Below are positions 28,322 to 37,538 of a stretch of DNA of 64,000 nt, piece after piece; within the stretch, counting starts at the first letter, position 1; each line of letters starts with the position of its first letter. The position numbers were made by a program, and so were the translations under genes. The stretch is from NCBI GenBank assembly GCA_963678065.2, contig CAXXVZ010000004.1:384001-448000 (forward strand). The letters are read 5' to 3'. The stretch comes from Treponemataceae bacterium. GTDB lineage: Bacteria > Spirochaetota > Spirochaetia > Treponematales > Rectinemataceae. The notes under the pieces were generated by a model, which was not told where the DNA came from, ran no database searches, and was given only the letters and a program-made list of their open reading frames with translations.

Positions 28322-29497
28322 ATGAACGCAGCCAAGGCCTTCACATCTCTGACCCCGACCATCTCCGGGCTCGACAGCTTCATCGCCGACCCCGCCCGCC
28401 GCGGAAAGCGCTATGGCCTCGCGACGAACCCCGCCGCCATCACCCGATCCGGCGTTCCGGCCTGGAAGGCCTTCATGGACGCAGGTCTCGGACCGGCCGC
28501 CCTCTTCGGCCCCGAGCACGGTTTCCGGGGCGCAGCCCAGGATGCCGTCGAAGTCGGCGACGAAGTTTTCCGCGGCATCCCCTCCTACTCGCTCTACGGA
28601 AAACGGCTCAAGCCGGAGCCCTGGATGCTCGATAAGCTCGACGCGATGGTCTACGACATGCAGGACGTCGGCTGTCGCTACTACACTTTCCTCTACACAC
28701 TCGCCTACATCATGGAAGCATGTGCGCAGTGCGGCCTGCCCCTCGTCGTCCTGGACCGGCCCAACCCGATAGGCGGCACGAAGGTCGAGGGCTCCCCTAT
28801 CCCGCCGGAAGAGGACAGCTTTGTCGGCGGCTACGGGCTTGCGCCCCGCTACGGCATGACGGTCGGCGAGTTCGCCGAATACCTCAGAGGCGAGTACTTC
28901 CCGTCCTGCGCGCTCGAAGTTCTCCGCCTCGCCGGCTGGGAAACCCGTCCACGGTGGGGCGAGACCGGCCTGCCATGGCCTCTGCCCTCCCCCAACATCC
29001 CGAGCCTGTCCTGCGCGGAAGTCTATCCCGGAACCTGTCTCGTCGAGGGCACCTGGCTCTCCGAAGGCCGCGGAACGACCCGACCCTTCGAAATAGTCGG
29101 TGCCCCTTTTATAGACGGCGAGACCCTCCGCGGGCGGCTCTCGGAACTCGGTCTCCCCGGAGTGGTCTTCTCCTCCGTCTTCTTCAACCCGAGCATCTCC
29201 AAACACTCAGGCGAGGCCTGCGAGGGAGTCCTCCTCTCGGTGACCGACCCTGACTCGCTTCGCTCCCTCGACACGGGCATAGCCCTCATCCGCACCATCA
29301 AAGAGCTGCATTCCCGCGAGTTCCGCTGGCGCGAGGCCTGGGAGAATCCGGAGGCCTACTTCTTCGACCGCCTCGCCGGTGGCCCTGGTCTGCGCCGCCT
29401 CATCGATGCCCTCGCCCCCCTTTCCGATTGCCTCGCCTTCGCCCATGAACGCGAATCGGCCTTCCTCGCGAAGCGGGAGCGCTACCTGATATACTGA
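28322..29497 (+). CDS. namZ: Exo-beta-N-acetylmuramidase (DUF1343)
   Basis: FGPEHGFRG, YSLYG, DMQDVGCRYYT, LDRPNP, PSPNIP, SEGRGTTRPFE; AGGAGG RBS; no signal peptide. Confidence 0.9.
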   Translation: MNAAKAFTSLTPTISGLDSFIADPARRGKRYGLATNPAAITRSGVPAWKAFMDAGLGPAALFGPEHGFRGAAQDAVEVGDEVFRGIPSYSLYGKRLKPEPWMLDKLDAMVYDMQDVGCRYYTFLYTLAYIMEACAQCGLPLVVLDRPNPIGGTKVEGSPIPPEEDSFVGGYGLAPRYGMTVGEFAEYLRGEYFPSCALEVLRLAGWETRPRWGETGLPWPLPSPNIPSLSCAEVYPGTCLVEGTWLSEGRGTTRPFEIVGAPFIDGETLRGRLSELGLPGVVFSSVFFNPSISKHSGEACEGVLLSVTDPDSLRSLDTGIALIRTIKELHSREFRWREAWENPEAYFFDRLAGGPGLRRLIDALAPLSDCLAFAHERESAFLAKRERYLIY

Positions 29498-29560
29498 TCG
29501 TAAATCGCAACCGCGCTCATATGCCGGTCGCGACGGCCACCACCGTCCTGCGGCGCGCGC

Positions 29561-29935
29561 TCACTTCGATTCGGCCCCATCCGCCTCTGTCTGGTTTTTA
29601 ATAGGCATACCGGCGAGGAGGGCCTCGGTGCGGACCAGTTCGGCGCTCAGGAAAGTTTTTCGCGCCTCAAGCCCGCCGCGAAGTCCTTCTGCAGGGCTCG
29701 GCGCACCGGATGCCGGCTTGTAGCCGACCGCAAACCAGCCTATCCTTTTTGCCATGCCTCGCCCCGCACCCGCGACACGACCGCTACCCATGCAGTGACC
29801 TCGACCGAAGCCGCACCACGCAGCCGGCACCTTCTCTCCGTCGATCCCGACCGCGGCTGCGCCGTAGCATCCACCGCGTCCGAAGCCGGTTCCGGGACCT
29901 TCTCCATAGGGACCCATTGCATTCAATCCTGGCAT
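29561..29935 (-). CDS. DUF5320-like Gly/Arg-rich protein
   Basis: MPGLNAMGPYGEGPGTGFGRGGC N-terminus, GFGRG repeats, C-terminal coiled-coil-like segment; GGAGG RBS. Confidence 0.7.
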   Translation of the reverse strand: MPGLNAMGPYGEGPGTGFGRGGCYGAAAVGIDGEKVPAAWCGFGRGHCMGSGRVAGAGRGMAKRIGWFAVGYKPASGAPSPAEGLRGGLEARKTFLSAELVRTEALLAGMPIKNQTEADGAESK

Positions 29936-29992
29936 GTCTGCCTCCCCATACATTGATGAGATTTTTCAGAACGTCGACGACATCCGGAGATT

Positions 29993-30012
29993 AAAATGGC
30001 ATATGCTCATAA
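29993..30012 (-). promoter_or_regulatory. 20-bp palindromic site A (candidate DUF134 operator)
   Basis: TTATGAGCATATGCCATTTT on the minus strand, just downstream of TTGACT (30021-30016). Confidence 0.6.
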
Positions 30013-30125
30013 TATAGTCAAGTACGCCATCCAAGAATCGATCTCCTTCATCACGAAAGCTTCACAAGGTGGGGCGTCGGTGAAATCAACCGTATTCAGA
30101 AAAGTCCAAACTTCCACTTACACAA

Positions 30126-30145
30126 TTATTGGCATGTGCCAATAT
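30126..30145 (+). promoter_or_regulatory. 20-bp palindromic site B (candidate DUF134 operator)
   Basis: TTATTGGCATGTGCCAATAT, a perfect 8-2-8 inverted repeat upstream of the iscU remnant. Confidence 0.6.
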
Positions 30146-30170
30146 ATACAGCATAAGGAAGGCTTTCAGT

Positions 30171-30475
30171 GTGCGCAGCAATCATGGAATCGAGAGTGAG
30201 GCGCGGAACTATTCCGGTCCTATCCTTTATTATACCGACGCGGTATTCGATCATTTCACGAATCCACGCAACACGGGCGAGCTCAGCGCGGCCGAAACCG
30301 ACGGGTTTGCTTCAGCTGGCGATCTCGCCTGCAGCGACGAATTGAAGCTTTGGATTTCCTTGCCGTGAACGCCCTCGGCGGGATACCGGAAAACAAGAAA
30401 CATTGCTCCCTTCTGGGAGTCCGCGCGCTTCAAGCCGCGCTACATGACTGCGAGAATCGGGCACGTAGAAATTGA
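30171..30475 (+). pseudogene. iscU: IscU/NifU-N Fe-S scaffold with internal deletion and frameshift
   Basis: YTDAVFDHFTNPRNTG...ACSDELKLWI is joined out of frame to AVNALGGIPENKKHCSLLGVRALQAAL. The central FGC-containing segment is missing. Confidence 0.85.
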
Positions 30476-30521
30476 TTTTTCATCTTGACTATATATGTCT
30501 ATTTTAATATATATGCTTACT

Positions 30522-30704
30522 ATGTCAGTCACCATCAATCCGGGACGATGTCCCCAAAATCATCCTTGCCCGGCAGTCCGGGTTTGTCCAGTCGGAGCCC
30601 TTTCCCAGAAAAGTAACTCCGCGCCTGTCGTCGATCCGCATAAGTGCACAGATTGCGGCCACTGTAGCCGGTACTGCGCCTTCGGCGCCATCCGTGGAAG
30701 ATAA
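30522..30704 (+). CDS. Small 4Fe-4S ferredoxin-like protein
   Basis: CPQNHPCPAVRVCP and CTDCGHCSRYC; TTGACT-N17-TATATA directly upstream. Confidence 0.85.
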   Translation: MSVTINPGRCPQNHPCPAVRVCPVGALSQKSNSAPVVDPHKCTDCGHCSRYCAFGAIRGR

Positions 30705-30710
30705 GTTCAT

Positions 30711-31351
30711 ATGGAAATGAATGTCGATCTTCTTGTAGTGGGGCTGGTGTTGCCGGACTCGCCGCGGCGCAGTATGGAGCTCGCGCCAACCTCTCTACGC
30801 TCGTGATTGAAGAAGCCGGTCCAGGAGGCCAGGCCCTCTTCATCGATCGACTTGAAAATTATCCCGGAATGGCAGCACCGATCAAGGGTTTTGATCTTGC
30901 GGAGGGCATGCGCGCACAAGCTGAGGCTTTCGGCGCCAGGTTTCTGGTCACAAAGGGGTTTTCGCTCACCAAACATGCCAAAATATTCGAATCGACGAAG
31001 GGATGACCACGGTCGGATCTGAGGCTGAGCACTGTCGCACGGGAGATCCGTGGACAAAACGCGCTGGAATCAGTTCCTCTCGAGAATCCGGAAACAGGCG
31101 AACGGTACAAAGAAAAGGTGGCCGCTGTTTTCGTGTATGTCGGCTCCCTGCCCAGGACAGAACTTTTCTCCGGAGTCGGCCTCGACGGGGGTGGCTAGGT
31201 CAAAACCGGCCGGAATCTCGCGACATCCATCCCCGGATTGTTTGCTGCCGGCGATCTCGGGGACTCCCCATTCCGGCAGGTCGTGACCGCTGTGGCGGAC
31301 GGCGCGATCGCCGCACATGCTATTGTCTTGTCCTTCTCATGCCTCTCATGA
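30711..31351 (+). pseudogene. trxB: Thioredoxin reductase remnant
   Basis: DLLVVG/AGVAGLAAAQY is frameshifted at ~30743; GGQ...ENYPG present; CxxC and NADPH-binding region absent; in-frame TAG at 31196; TSIPGLFAAGD...RQVVTAVADGAIAA. Confidence 0.88.
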
Positions 31352-31967
31352 AACTTGACGGCTTCGCCCTTGGCATTTTCACAAATATCTCCCCGCTCAA
31401 AGATGTGGTGCCCGGCCACATTTTTCTTGGTCTTCCCCATGATGGTGCGAAACGATGTCCGGGAGCTATTCGGAAATCAGTGCCTGGAAGCGGATCCGAC
31501 TTCATCCTGGTTCCCGTCGGATCACAGACCTTCAGAGGATCGAGGCCGGACAAAGCCGCTATCTCCGACAAAAGGCCCTTACGGTCGGGCCAGTATTCAA
31601 TGCGGCCTTGTCGGCTTCGTCCGCTATGCGGGGTGCGCTCCTCCTATTTCATGTCCGAGCACCTGTTTCATGCCCCGCGAGCGCTTGTAACTGATTGCAG
31701 AATGTTTGTTCGCATAGCCCTTGGCTATCGTCCCGTCAACACTCTTGCCAGCATCATGGTCGGCGAATACTGTAATTGAAAGCAAATTTTCTGCACACGA
31801 GAAAACCCGGCAGACTCATGGAAGACTTGAAACAACCGGCTTCGGTGTTTCGGGGAATTGGAAAGCGACTTCAGTTGCACTGATCAGAGTTTGCTCGATC
31901 AAGCCGATCAGGGAGTCCACTTCCTCGGCAATCTTCCTTCTTATTGACGTATTGGGCAATCCTTCTC

Positions 31968-32011
31968 TTGACTCGTATTACTTTGTAATATATATTACAA
32001 AGTAATACGAG
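31968..32011 (+). promoter_or_regulatory. Promoter overlapped by a perfect 40-bp palindrome (31972-32011)
   Basis: TTGACT-N17-TATATT; CTCGTATTACTTTGTAATAT|ATATTACAAAGTAATACGAG. Confidence 0.85.
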
Positions 32012-32017
32012 GTATTT

Positions 32018-32257
32018 ATGAGAAGCCCGAAGACAGACCTCATAACATTCAAAGTCGAACATTCGCTCGCGGAGCTGATCGACTGCCTGCCAAACAAGTC
32101 GGAGTACATTCGGAATGCCCTCCTCGTGGCACTTTCGAATACCTGTCCCCTCTGCCAGGGAACGGGCGTTCTCACACCCGGACAGGTCGAGCACTGGAAA
32201 CATTTCACCGAGCATCACCGCGTCGAGCGCTGCACCGATTGTCAGCCGTCTACCTGA
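32018..32257 (+). CDS. CopG/ribbon-helix-helix-like regulator with Cys/His-rich C-terminus (possibly frameshifted; would extend to 32307)
   Basis: LITFKV beta-strand and NKSEYIRNAL helix; CPLC, HxxHxxxHH, CTDC; GAGG RBS; first gene before znuABC. Confidence 0.75.
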   Translation: MRSPKTDLITFKVEHSLAELIDCLPNKSEYIRNALLVALSNTCPLCQGTGVLTPGQVEHWKHFTEHHRVERCTDCQPST

Positions 32258-32308
32258 GCTGCGAGCTCGGACAGAACTCTCCTGACGCGACAATCAAGGG
32301 GTATTGAA

Positions 32309-33232
32309 ATGAAGCAGTATTTCAAGGGAGCCGCAGCTGCGCTGCTCCTCTCCACAGCGATCCTGTCCCTGGGTTCCTGCACGGGCAAAGCACGCGGAGG
32401 CAAGAAAACCATCGTCGTCACCTATTCGATCCTCGGATCGGTGGTCAAGGAACTCGTCGGGGATACCTTCGACGTCGTTGTATCGATTCCTGACGGACTG
32501 GACCCCCACGAGTGGGAGCCATCGGCCAAAGATATCGAGAGGATCAACAAGGCTACAATCGTCGTCGAGAACGGACTCGGCCTCGAGGAGGGCATGGAGA
32601 ACGCCCTCGCACAGGCGCACAAGGCCGGGGTTAAAATCTTTACCGCCTCCGATCACGTTATCGTGAGGACGGTGGGGAAAGGCGAAGGTATACCTTCAGG
32701 CGACCCTGACCAGGCGATCGGTGCCCAGGATCCACACCTTTGGACCGACCCCGAGACTGTGAAGGCTGTGGTGGATGCTCTGGCGGACTCTATCAAAGCC
32801 GATTTCGGCGTCGACCTTTCGAAGCGCCGCGCCGATCTCGACTCACGCCTCGTAGCCCTTGACGCGGAGGTCGCGGATTCGGTTGCGAAGATCCCCGAGA
32901 GTAAACGAAAACTCGTGACCGGGCACGAGTCGATGGGCTATTTTGCACAGCGCTACGGATTCAAGCTCGTAGGGGCTGTGGTTCCGAGTCTCTCGAGCCA
33001 GGCCGAGTCCTCGGCCGGGGAACTCGCGGAGCTTAAGAAGTTAATCGCAGCCAATGGCGTTACAGTAATTTTCACTGAGCTCAGCGAAAACCCGAAGGTT
33101 GTCCAGGCGCTATCCGCGGAGGCCAAGGTGGAGGTCGTCCCTCTTATGACGCATGCCCTGCCCAAAGACGGCGGCTATACGGAGTTCGTTCGAGGCCTCG
33201 CCTCGACGATCACAGGTGCCTTGGCTAAATGA
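32309..33232 (+). CDS. znuA: Zn/Mn ABC substrate-binding lipoprotein
   Basis: LGSC lipobox, DPHEWEP, DPHLW, HESMGYF. Confidence 0.88.
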   Translation: MKQYFKGAAAALLLSTAILSLGSCTGKARGGKKTIVVTYSILGSVVKELVGDTFDVVVSIPDGLDPHEWEPSAKDIERINKATIVVENGLGLEEGMENALAQAHKAGVKIFTASDHVIVRTVGKGEGIPSGDPDQAIGAQDPHLWTDPETVKAVVDALADSIKADFGVDLSKRRADLDSRLVALDAEVADSVAKIPESKRKLVTGHESMGYFAQRYGFKLVGAVVPSLSSQAESSAGELAELKKLIAANGVTVIFTELSENPKVVQALSAEAKVEVVPLMTHALPKDGGYTEFVRGLASTITGALAK

Positions 33233-34095
33233 TCGACTTCCTGCTCGGACCTTTCGCGAGGAACGAATTCATGGCGAGGGCCCTCGCGGGAGGCTTCCTG
33301 GTGTCCCTATCCTGCGCCATCGTCGGGACATTCGTAGTGCTGCGAGGCCTCGCCTTTATCGGTGACGCCCTCTCGCATGGTGTATTGCCCGGAGTGGCCA
33401 TCGCTCTCCTGCTCGGCCTGCCGGGAATGGCAGGGGCGGCAGCGGGCAGTCTCGCCATGATCGTGGGTATCGGGTACATAACACACCGCTCGAGCCTTTC
33501 CTCGGACACCGCGATAGGACTGCTTTTTGTCGGGATGCTGGCTCTCGGCGTCGTCATCGTATCCCGGTCCCGCTCCTTTTCGGGGGATCTCATTCGTATA
33601 CTCTTCGGGGAGGTCCTCGGCATCTCCTGGGTGGACATCGGAGGACAAGCGGTGGCGGCGTTCACGGTATGGACCGTGGCCCTCGTTTGCCGACGGCCCT
33701 TCCTCCTTCTCAGTTTCAGCCCCGAACAGGCCGATGTTTCGGGCTTCCCCTCGAAGCGCTATCACTCGATCATGCTCCTCATGATTGCCCTCACTGTCGT
33801 CGTCTCCTTCAAGACGGTAGGTACACTTCTGGTCTTCGGGCTCCTCATCGCGCCGGCAGCCTCAGCGGCTCTCTACGCGAAGAGGATACAGTCGATGATG
33901 GCCCTCGCATGGGCATTCGGCGCTTTCTCAACCTATGCAGGTCTCCTCGTGAGTTACCACATGAACATCGCGGGTGGCGCGTCGATCACCCTCATCGCGA
34001 CGCTGCTCTTCTTTACCCTTCTAGCATGCAAGCGGCCCGTCGCATCGCAGCCTGCACGGGGCGCCGGAACACGCATATCCGAGACACGACCATGA
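33229..34095 (+). CDS. znuB: Zn/Mn ABC permease
   Basis: GDALSHGVLPG, SSDTAIG, VGTLLVFGLLIAPA. Confidence 0.88.
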   Translation: MIDFLLGPFARNEFMARALAGGFLVSLSCAIVGTFVVLRGLAFIGDALSHGVLPGVAIALLLGLPGMAGAAAGSLAMIVGIGYITHRSSLSSDTAIGLLFVGMLALGVVIVSRSRSFSGDLIRILFGEVLGISWVDIGGQAVAAFTVWTVALVCRRPFLLLSFSPEQADVSGFPSKRYHSIMLLMIALTVVVSFKTVGTLLVFGLLIAPAASAALYAKRIQSMMALAWAFGAFSTYAGLLVSYHMNIAGGASITLIATLLFFTLLACKRPVASQPARGAGTRISETRP

Positions 34096-34868
34096 ACGGG
34101 CGGGCTATACCACAGCGCGCTGAAGCCGTAGCCGCTAGCGGACTCTCGGTTGGCTATGCGGGTGACGTCATACTCTCGGGCTTGAATTTCTCGCTGGGTC
34201 GCGGTCAAACACTAGCTCTCGTGGGCGCTAACGGATCGGGAAAATCCACCCTGCTCAAAGCCATCGCCGGGCTCCTTCATCCTCTGGGTGGCGAATTGTG
34301 CGTCTTTGGCGGGCTCCCCCTCGCCCATCCCGCCCGCGTTGCCTATCTCGGCCAATTCCATCCTTCGAGCTTCGTGCTGCCCCTGCAGGTGCTAGAAGTG
34401 GTGCGGATGGGGAGGTTCGCGGCACGGGGCCTCTTCGGCAAGTTCGGCCCCGAGGACGAAGAAGCCGTTCGCGAGGCGGTCGAGGCCGTCGGCATAGCCG
34501 ACATCGCCGATATGCCGCTCAGTGAGCTCTCAGGCGGTCAACGCCAGCGTGTGTTCATAGCCCAAGCCCTTGCGCGACGGGCTGAACTCCTCCTGCTCGA
34601 TGAGCCCGAAACCAATCTTGACGCAGCTTCACGTGCAGCCTCACGGCGGCTCTTCGCCGAGGCGGTCGGTCGGGGGGCGTCCGCAGTAATCGCCACCCAC
34701 GATATCGGAGCGGCGGCAGCTTGCGATCACACGATGCTGCTTGCCAGGCGCGTCATAGCCCATGGCCCCTCCGTCGGCGTCCTGCGGACAGAGGCCCTCC
34801 TCGAGACCTTTGGCGCCGTCGGCAAGACCGAAGGCGACACTTATAAAGAAGAATTGTTCTCGACATGA
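34092..34868 (+). CDS. znuC: Zn/Mn ABC ATPase
   Basis: GANGSGKST, LSGGQRQR, LLDEP, THD; start MNGRAIP at the ATGA overlap. Confidence 0.88.
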   Translation: MNGRAIPQRAEAVAASGLSVGYAGDVILSGLNFSLGRGQTLALVGANGSGKSTLLKAIAGLLHPLGGELCVFGGLPLAHPARVAYLGQFHPSSFVLPLQVLEVVRMGRFAARGLFGKFGPEDEEAVREAVEAVGIADIADMPLSELSGGQRQRVFIAQALARRAELLLLDEPETNLDAASRAASRRLFAEAVGRGASAVIATHDIGAAAACDHTMLLARRVIAHGPSVGVLRTEALLETFGAVGKTEGDTYKEELFST

Positions 34869-35659
34869 ACGCGTCATTCGTCTTCCCGCCCGAGCTAATG
34901 AAGGGCCTAAGTACATTCATAACGACTCTTTCGGGGCTCGTTTTTGAGACTCTGCCATTCCTTCTTATAGGAACCAGCATATCATCGGCGATTCATGTCT
35001 TCATTCCAGACAGGGCGCTGCGGCGGTTTTTCCCGAAAAACCATGTAGCCTCGATCTTTGTGGCGCTCGGTATCGGTTCCATACTCCCCATTTGCGAATG
35101 CGCGACGGTACCTCTCGCGCGCAGACTCCGAGAAAAGGGGCTCCCGGCCTCCACGGCGGTACTCCTGCTCCTTGTATTCCGGGGAGTCTCGGGGGCCATC
35201 TCCGCGGCGACCGATTCGCTCACGATTTATATGGAAGGCTTCGCCTACTGCGCTCTCATTGCGATGGCCGCCATCCTCTTCGTCCGCGCCATCGTCGATC
35301 TTGCAAAAGGCAGAACGCACGCCGACAACTCCATGAGCCTCGGCGCCCTCGTCCTGACTGGCATCTATCCCTGCCCTGGCGCCATCCTCATCCTCGTCCT
35401 CTCGCTGACCCTCAATATATTGTCCATCGGCATCGTGGCGGTCGTCGCCATGTCCCTCGGGATGAGCCTCCCCATCGTCCTCTTCGCCTACCTGGGCTGG
35501 TTCGGGCGCACAGGACTCGTCCACAGCCTCAAAAAAAACAAGACTGCGCTCCGGAAAGCAGGAACATTCGCGGAGATCGCGGGATTCGCCATCCTTCTCG
35601 TCTTCTCGATCTACCTCGCCCTGCCCTTCATCGCGAGCCTGGCCAGGCTCATCATGTGA
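34865..35659 (+). pseudogene. In-frame chimera: DUF318 permease N-terminus plus NicO/RcnA-type Ni/Co transporter C-terminus
   Basis: ETLPFLLIG...PICECATVP in aa 1-99, then GIYPCPGAILIL...AMSLGM. Each half lacks the rest of its family's motifs. Confidence 0.65.
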
Positions 35660-35677
35660 TCCGGACAAGAGCCCGCC

Positions 35678-36541
35678 TCATCGCCTCCTGGCCGACGATG
35701 GCGGGAAACGGGAATTAACGGCCTCCACTCCCGTCAGACTCCTATCCATCCCGGCCATGCCCGTCGCGACAAAGTGCGGGTATCCGTCGGGATCGACGAT
35801 CGTACCTTCGATGCCGAACACGGTCTTGAGGACATCGGCGCGTATCACTTCCGCGGGCTTTCCGTCGGCGGCGACGCGGCCATCCTTGACCGCGATGATT
35901 CGGTCGGAGTATCTGGCCGCGTGATTGAGGTCGTGGAGCACCATGATGACCGTCAGGCCTATATCGCGATTGAGCGACCGGACCAGATCGAGCACCTCGA
36001 ACTGGTAGCGGATGTCGAGATAGGTGGTCGGCTCGTCGAGGAGGAGTATGTCGGGCTCCTGCGCGAGCGTCATTGCGAGCCACACGCGCTGGCGCTCGCC
36101 GCCCGAAAGTTTTGGCAAGGGTCTGTCGGCGAATTCGGAGACACAGGCCAGATCGAGCGCGCGCCTGACGGCCGACGCGTCGCGGAGTGCGCTATTGCCA
36201 AGAACACGGCGGTATGGGAAGCGGCCGTATGAGACAAGCTCCTTCACCGTCACGTCCTCGGGCATTCCGTGCGTTTGCGGCAGGGAGGCGAGGCGGCGGG
36301 CAATATCTATCGTTTTCCACGACGCAAGCTCCTTGCCCTCGAGAAGGACAGCGCCTTTCGCCGGAGGGAGTATGCGCGCGAGCGTCTTCAGAATCGTCGA
36401 CTTTCCCGAGCCATTCGGACCGATGATCGACACCACAGTACCCGCCTCGATCGAGAAGCCGAGATCGCGGACGACGGAAGCGCCGTCGTAACCGACGTCG
36501 AGCGCGTGGGCTTCGAGTCTCGGGGGCCGATCAGTACTCAT
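35678..36541 (-). CDS. Cobalamin/Fe-siderophore ABC ATPase (BtuD/FecE-like)
   Basis: GPNGSGKST, LSGGERQR, DEPTTYLD, LHDLN. Confidence 0.9.
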   Translation of the reverse strand: MSTDRPPRLEAHALDVGYDGASVVRDLGFSIEAGTVVSIIGPNGSGKSTILKTLARILPPAKGAVLLEGKELASWKTIDIARRLASLPQTHGMPEDVTVKELVSYGRFPYRRVLGNSALRDASAVRRALDLACVSEFADRPLPKLSGGERQRVWLAMTLAQEPDILLLDEPTTYLDIRYQFEVLDLVRSLNRDIGLTVIMVLHDLNHAARYSDRIIAVKDGRVAADGKPAEVIRADVLKTVFGIEGTIVDPDGYPHFVATGMAGMDRSLTGVEAVNSRFPPSSARRR

Positions 36542-37538
36542 GTCGCCCCTTTCCCCGCAGCAGGTAGATAAACAGCGGCGCGCCGAGAGCCGCCATGATG
36601 ATGCCGACAGGCAACTCTACCGGGTCCATCGCGATCCGGCCTATGGCGTCGCAGCCGACCACGGGCCCCGCGCCGAACAACGCCGAGGCGGGCAGGAGGT
36701 AGCGATAATCCGAACCGATGAATAAGCGCGTCATGTGCGGCGCGATCAGTCCGACAAAGCCGAGAAGGCCGGCGACGCTGACCGCGGCGGCGGCAAGCAC
36801 CGAACTGACGACAATGAGGAGAGCTCGTGTCGGTTCGACGCGGAGGCCGAGGCCGGTCGCCGTTTCGTCACCAAGCGCCAGTATGTTGAGCCGCGGCGCG
36901 AGGGCGAAAGCCCCGGCGCATCCGCAGAGCACATAGGGCCAGAGCATCCGCACCTGTTTCCATGATCTGCCGGATAGCCCGCCCACGAGAAAGCCCACAA
37001 CGCCGGATAGACGGTCGGGGAAAAAGATCATCAGGGCATTTGAAAAAGCGCCCAGGAGACTCGATACCGCGACTCCCGCGAGAATCATCCTCGTGGGCCT
37101 GACGCCGCGCTTCCATGCGAGAAGGTAGATGAGCGTCGTGGCGCCGAGCGCTCCGACGAACGCAGCCGGTACGAGAAGAAAATAGAGTTCCGGCAACGCT
37201 ATCAGCACCACCATGGCCGCAAGTCCAGCCCCGGAACTGACGCCTATCAGGTTCGGGGCGGCCAGGGGGTTCCGCATGACTCCCTGGAGTATCGCGCCCG
37301 AAAGCGACAGGCACACGCCGACGAGCGCCGCCGCAATGTTCCTCGGAAGCCGTACATTGAGGATGATCTGCCTCTGCGCCGCTGTCCCGCCCCCGAAGAG
37401 CACTGCGAGCAAATCGCGGAGCGGAAGCCTGAGCGATCCGACTCTGAGCGCGGCCAGGAATGCCAGCGCCGCGAAGGCGGCCAGGGCGACAAGGACTGCC
37501 ATCTTATACAGGCGCCGCTCGCGGGACCTATGATTCAT
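36531..37538 (-). CDS. FecCD/BtuC-family permease
   Basis: RLPR, QGVMRNPLAAP, GFVGLIAPH, ELPVG. Confidence 0.9.
   Translation of the reverse strand: MNHRSRERRLYKMAVLVALAAFAALAFLAALRVGSLRLPLRDLLAVLFGGGTAAQRQIILNVRLPRNIAAALVGVCLSLSGAILQGVMRNPLAAPNLIGVSSGAGLAAMVVLIALPELYFLLVPAAFVGALGATTLIYLLAWKRGVRPTRMILAGVAVSSLLGAFSNALMIFFPDRLSGVVGFLVGGLSGRSWKQVRMLWPYVLCGCAGAFALAPRLNILALGDETATGLGLRVEPTRALLIVVSSVLAAAAVSVAGLLGFVGLIAPHMTRLFIGSDYRYLLPASALFGAGPVVGCDAIGRIAMDPVELPVGIIMAALGAPLFIYLLRGKGRHEY

Noticed and set aside
31196..31198. In-frame TAG in trxB as pyrrolysine or readthrough
   Set aside because: It replaces an expected Tyr in a gene that is also frameshifted and lacks its CxxC region, so it is ordinary decay.
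31776..31789. TTGAAAGCAAATTT identical to 57763-57776
   Set aside because: No identifiable intact gene or promoter is attached, so it cannot be distinguished from chance.
31352..31960. Coding sequence between the trxB remnant and the RHH gene
   Set aside because: Only short ORFs with no motifs or RBS; possibly debris, but not assignable.
31721..32208. Two opposite-strand ORFs ending in the same SYYFVIYITK peptide
   Set aside because: Artefact of translating the 40-bp palindrome on both strands.
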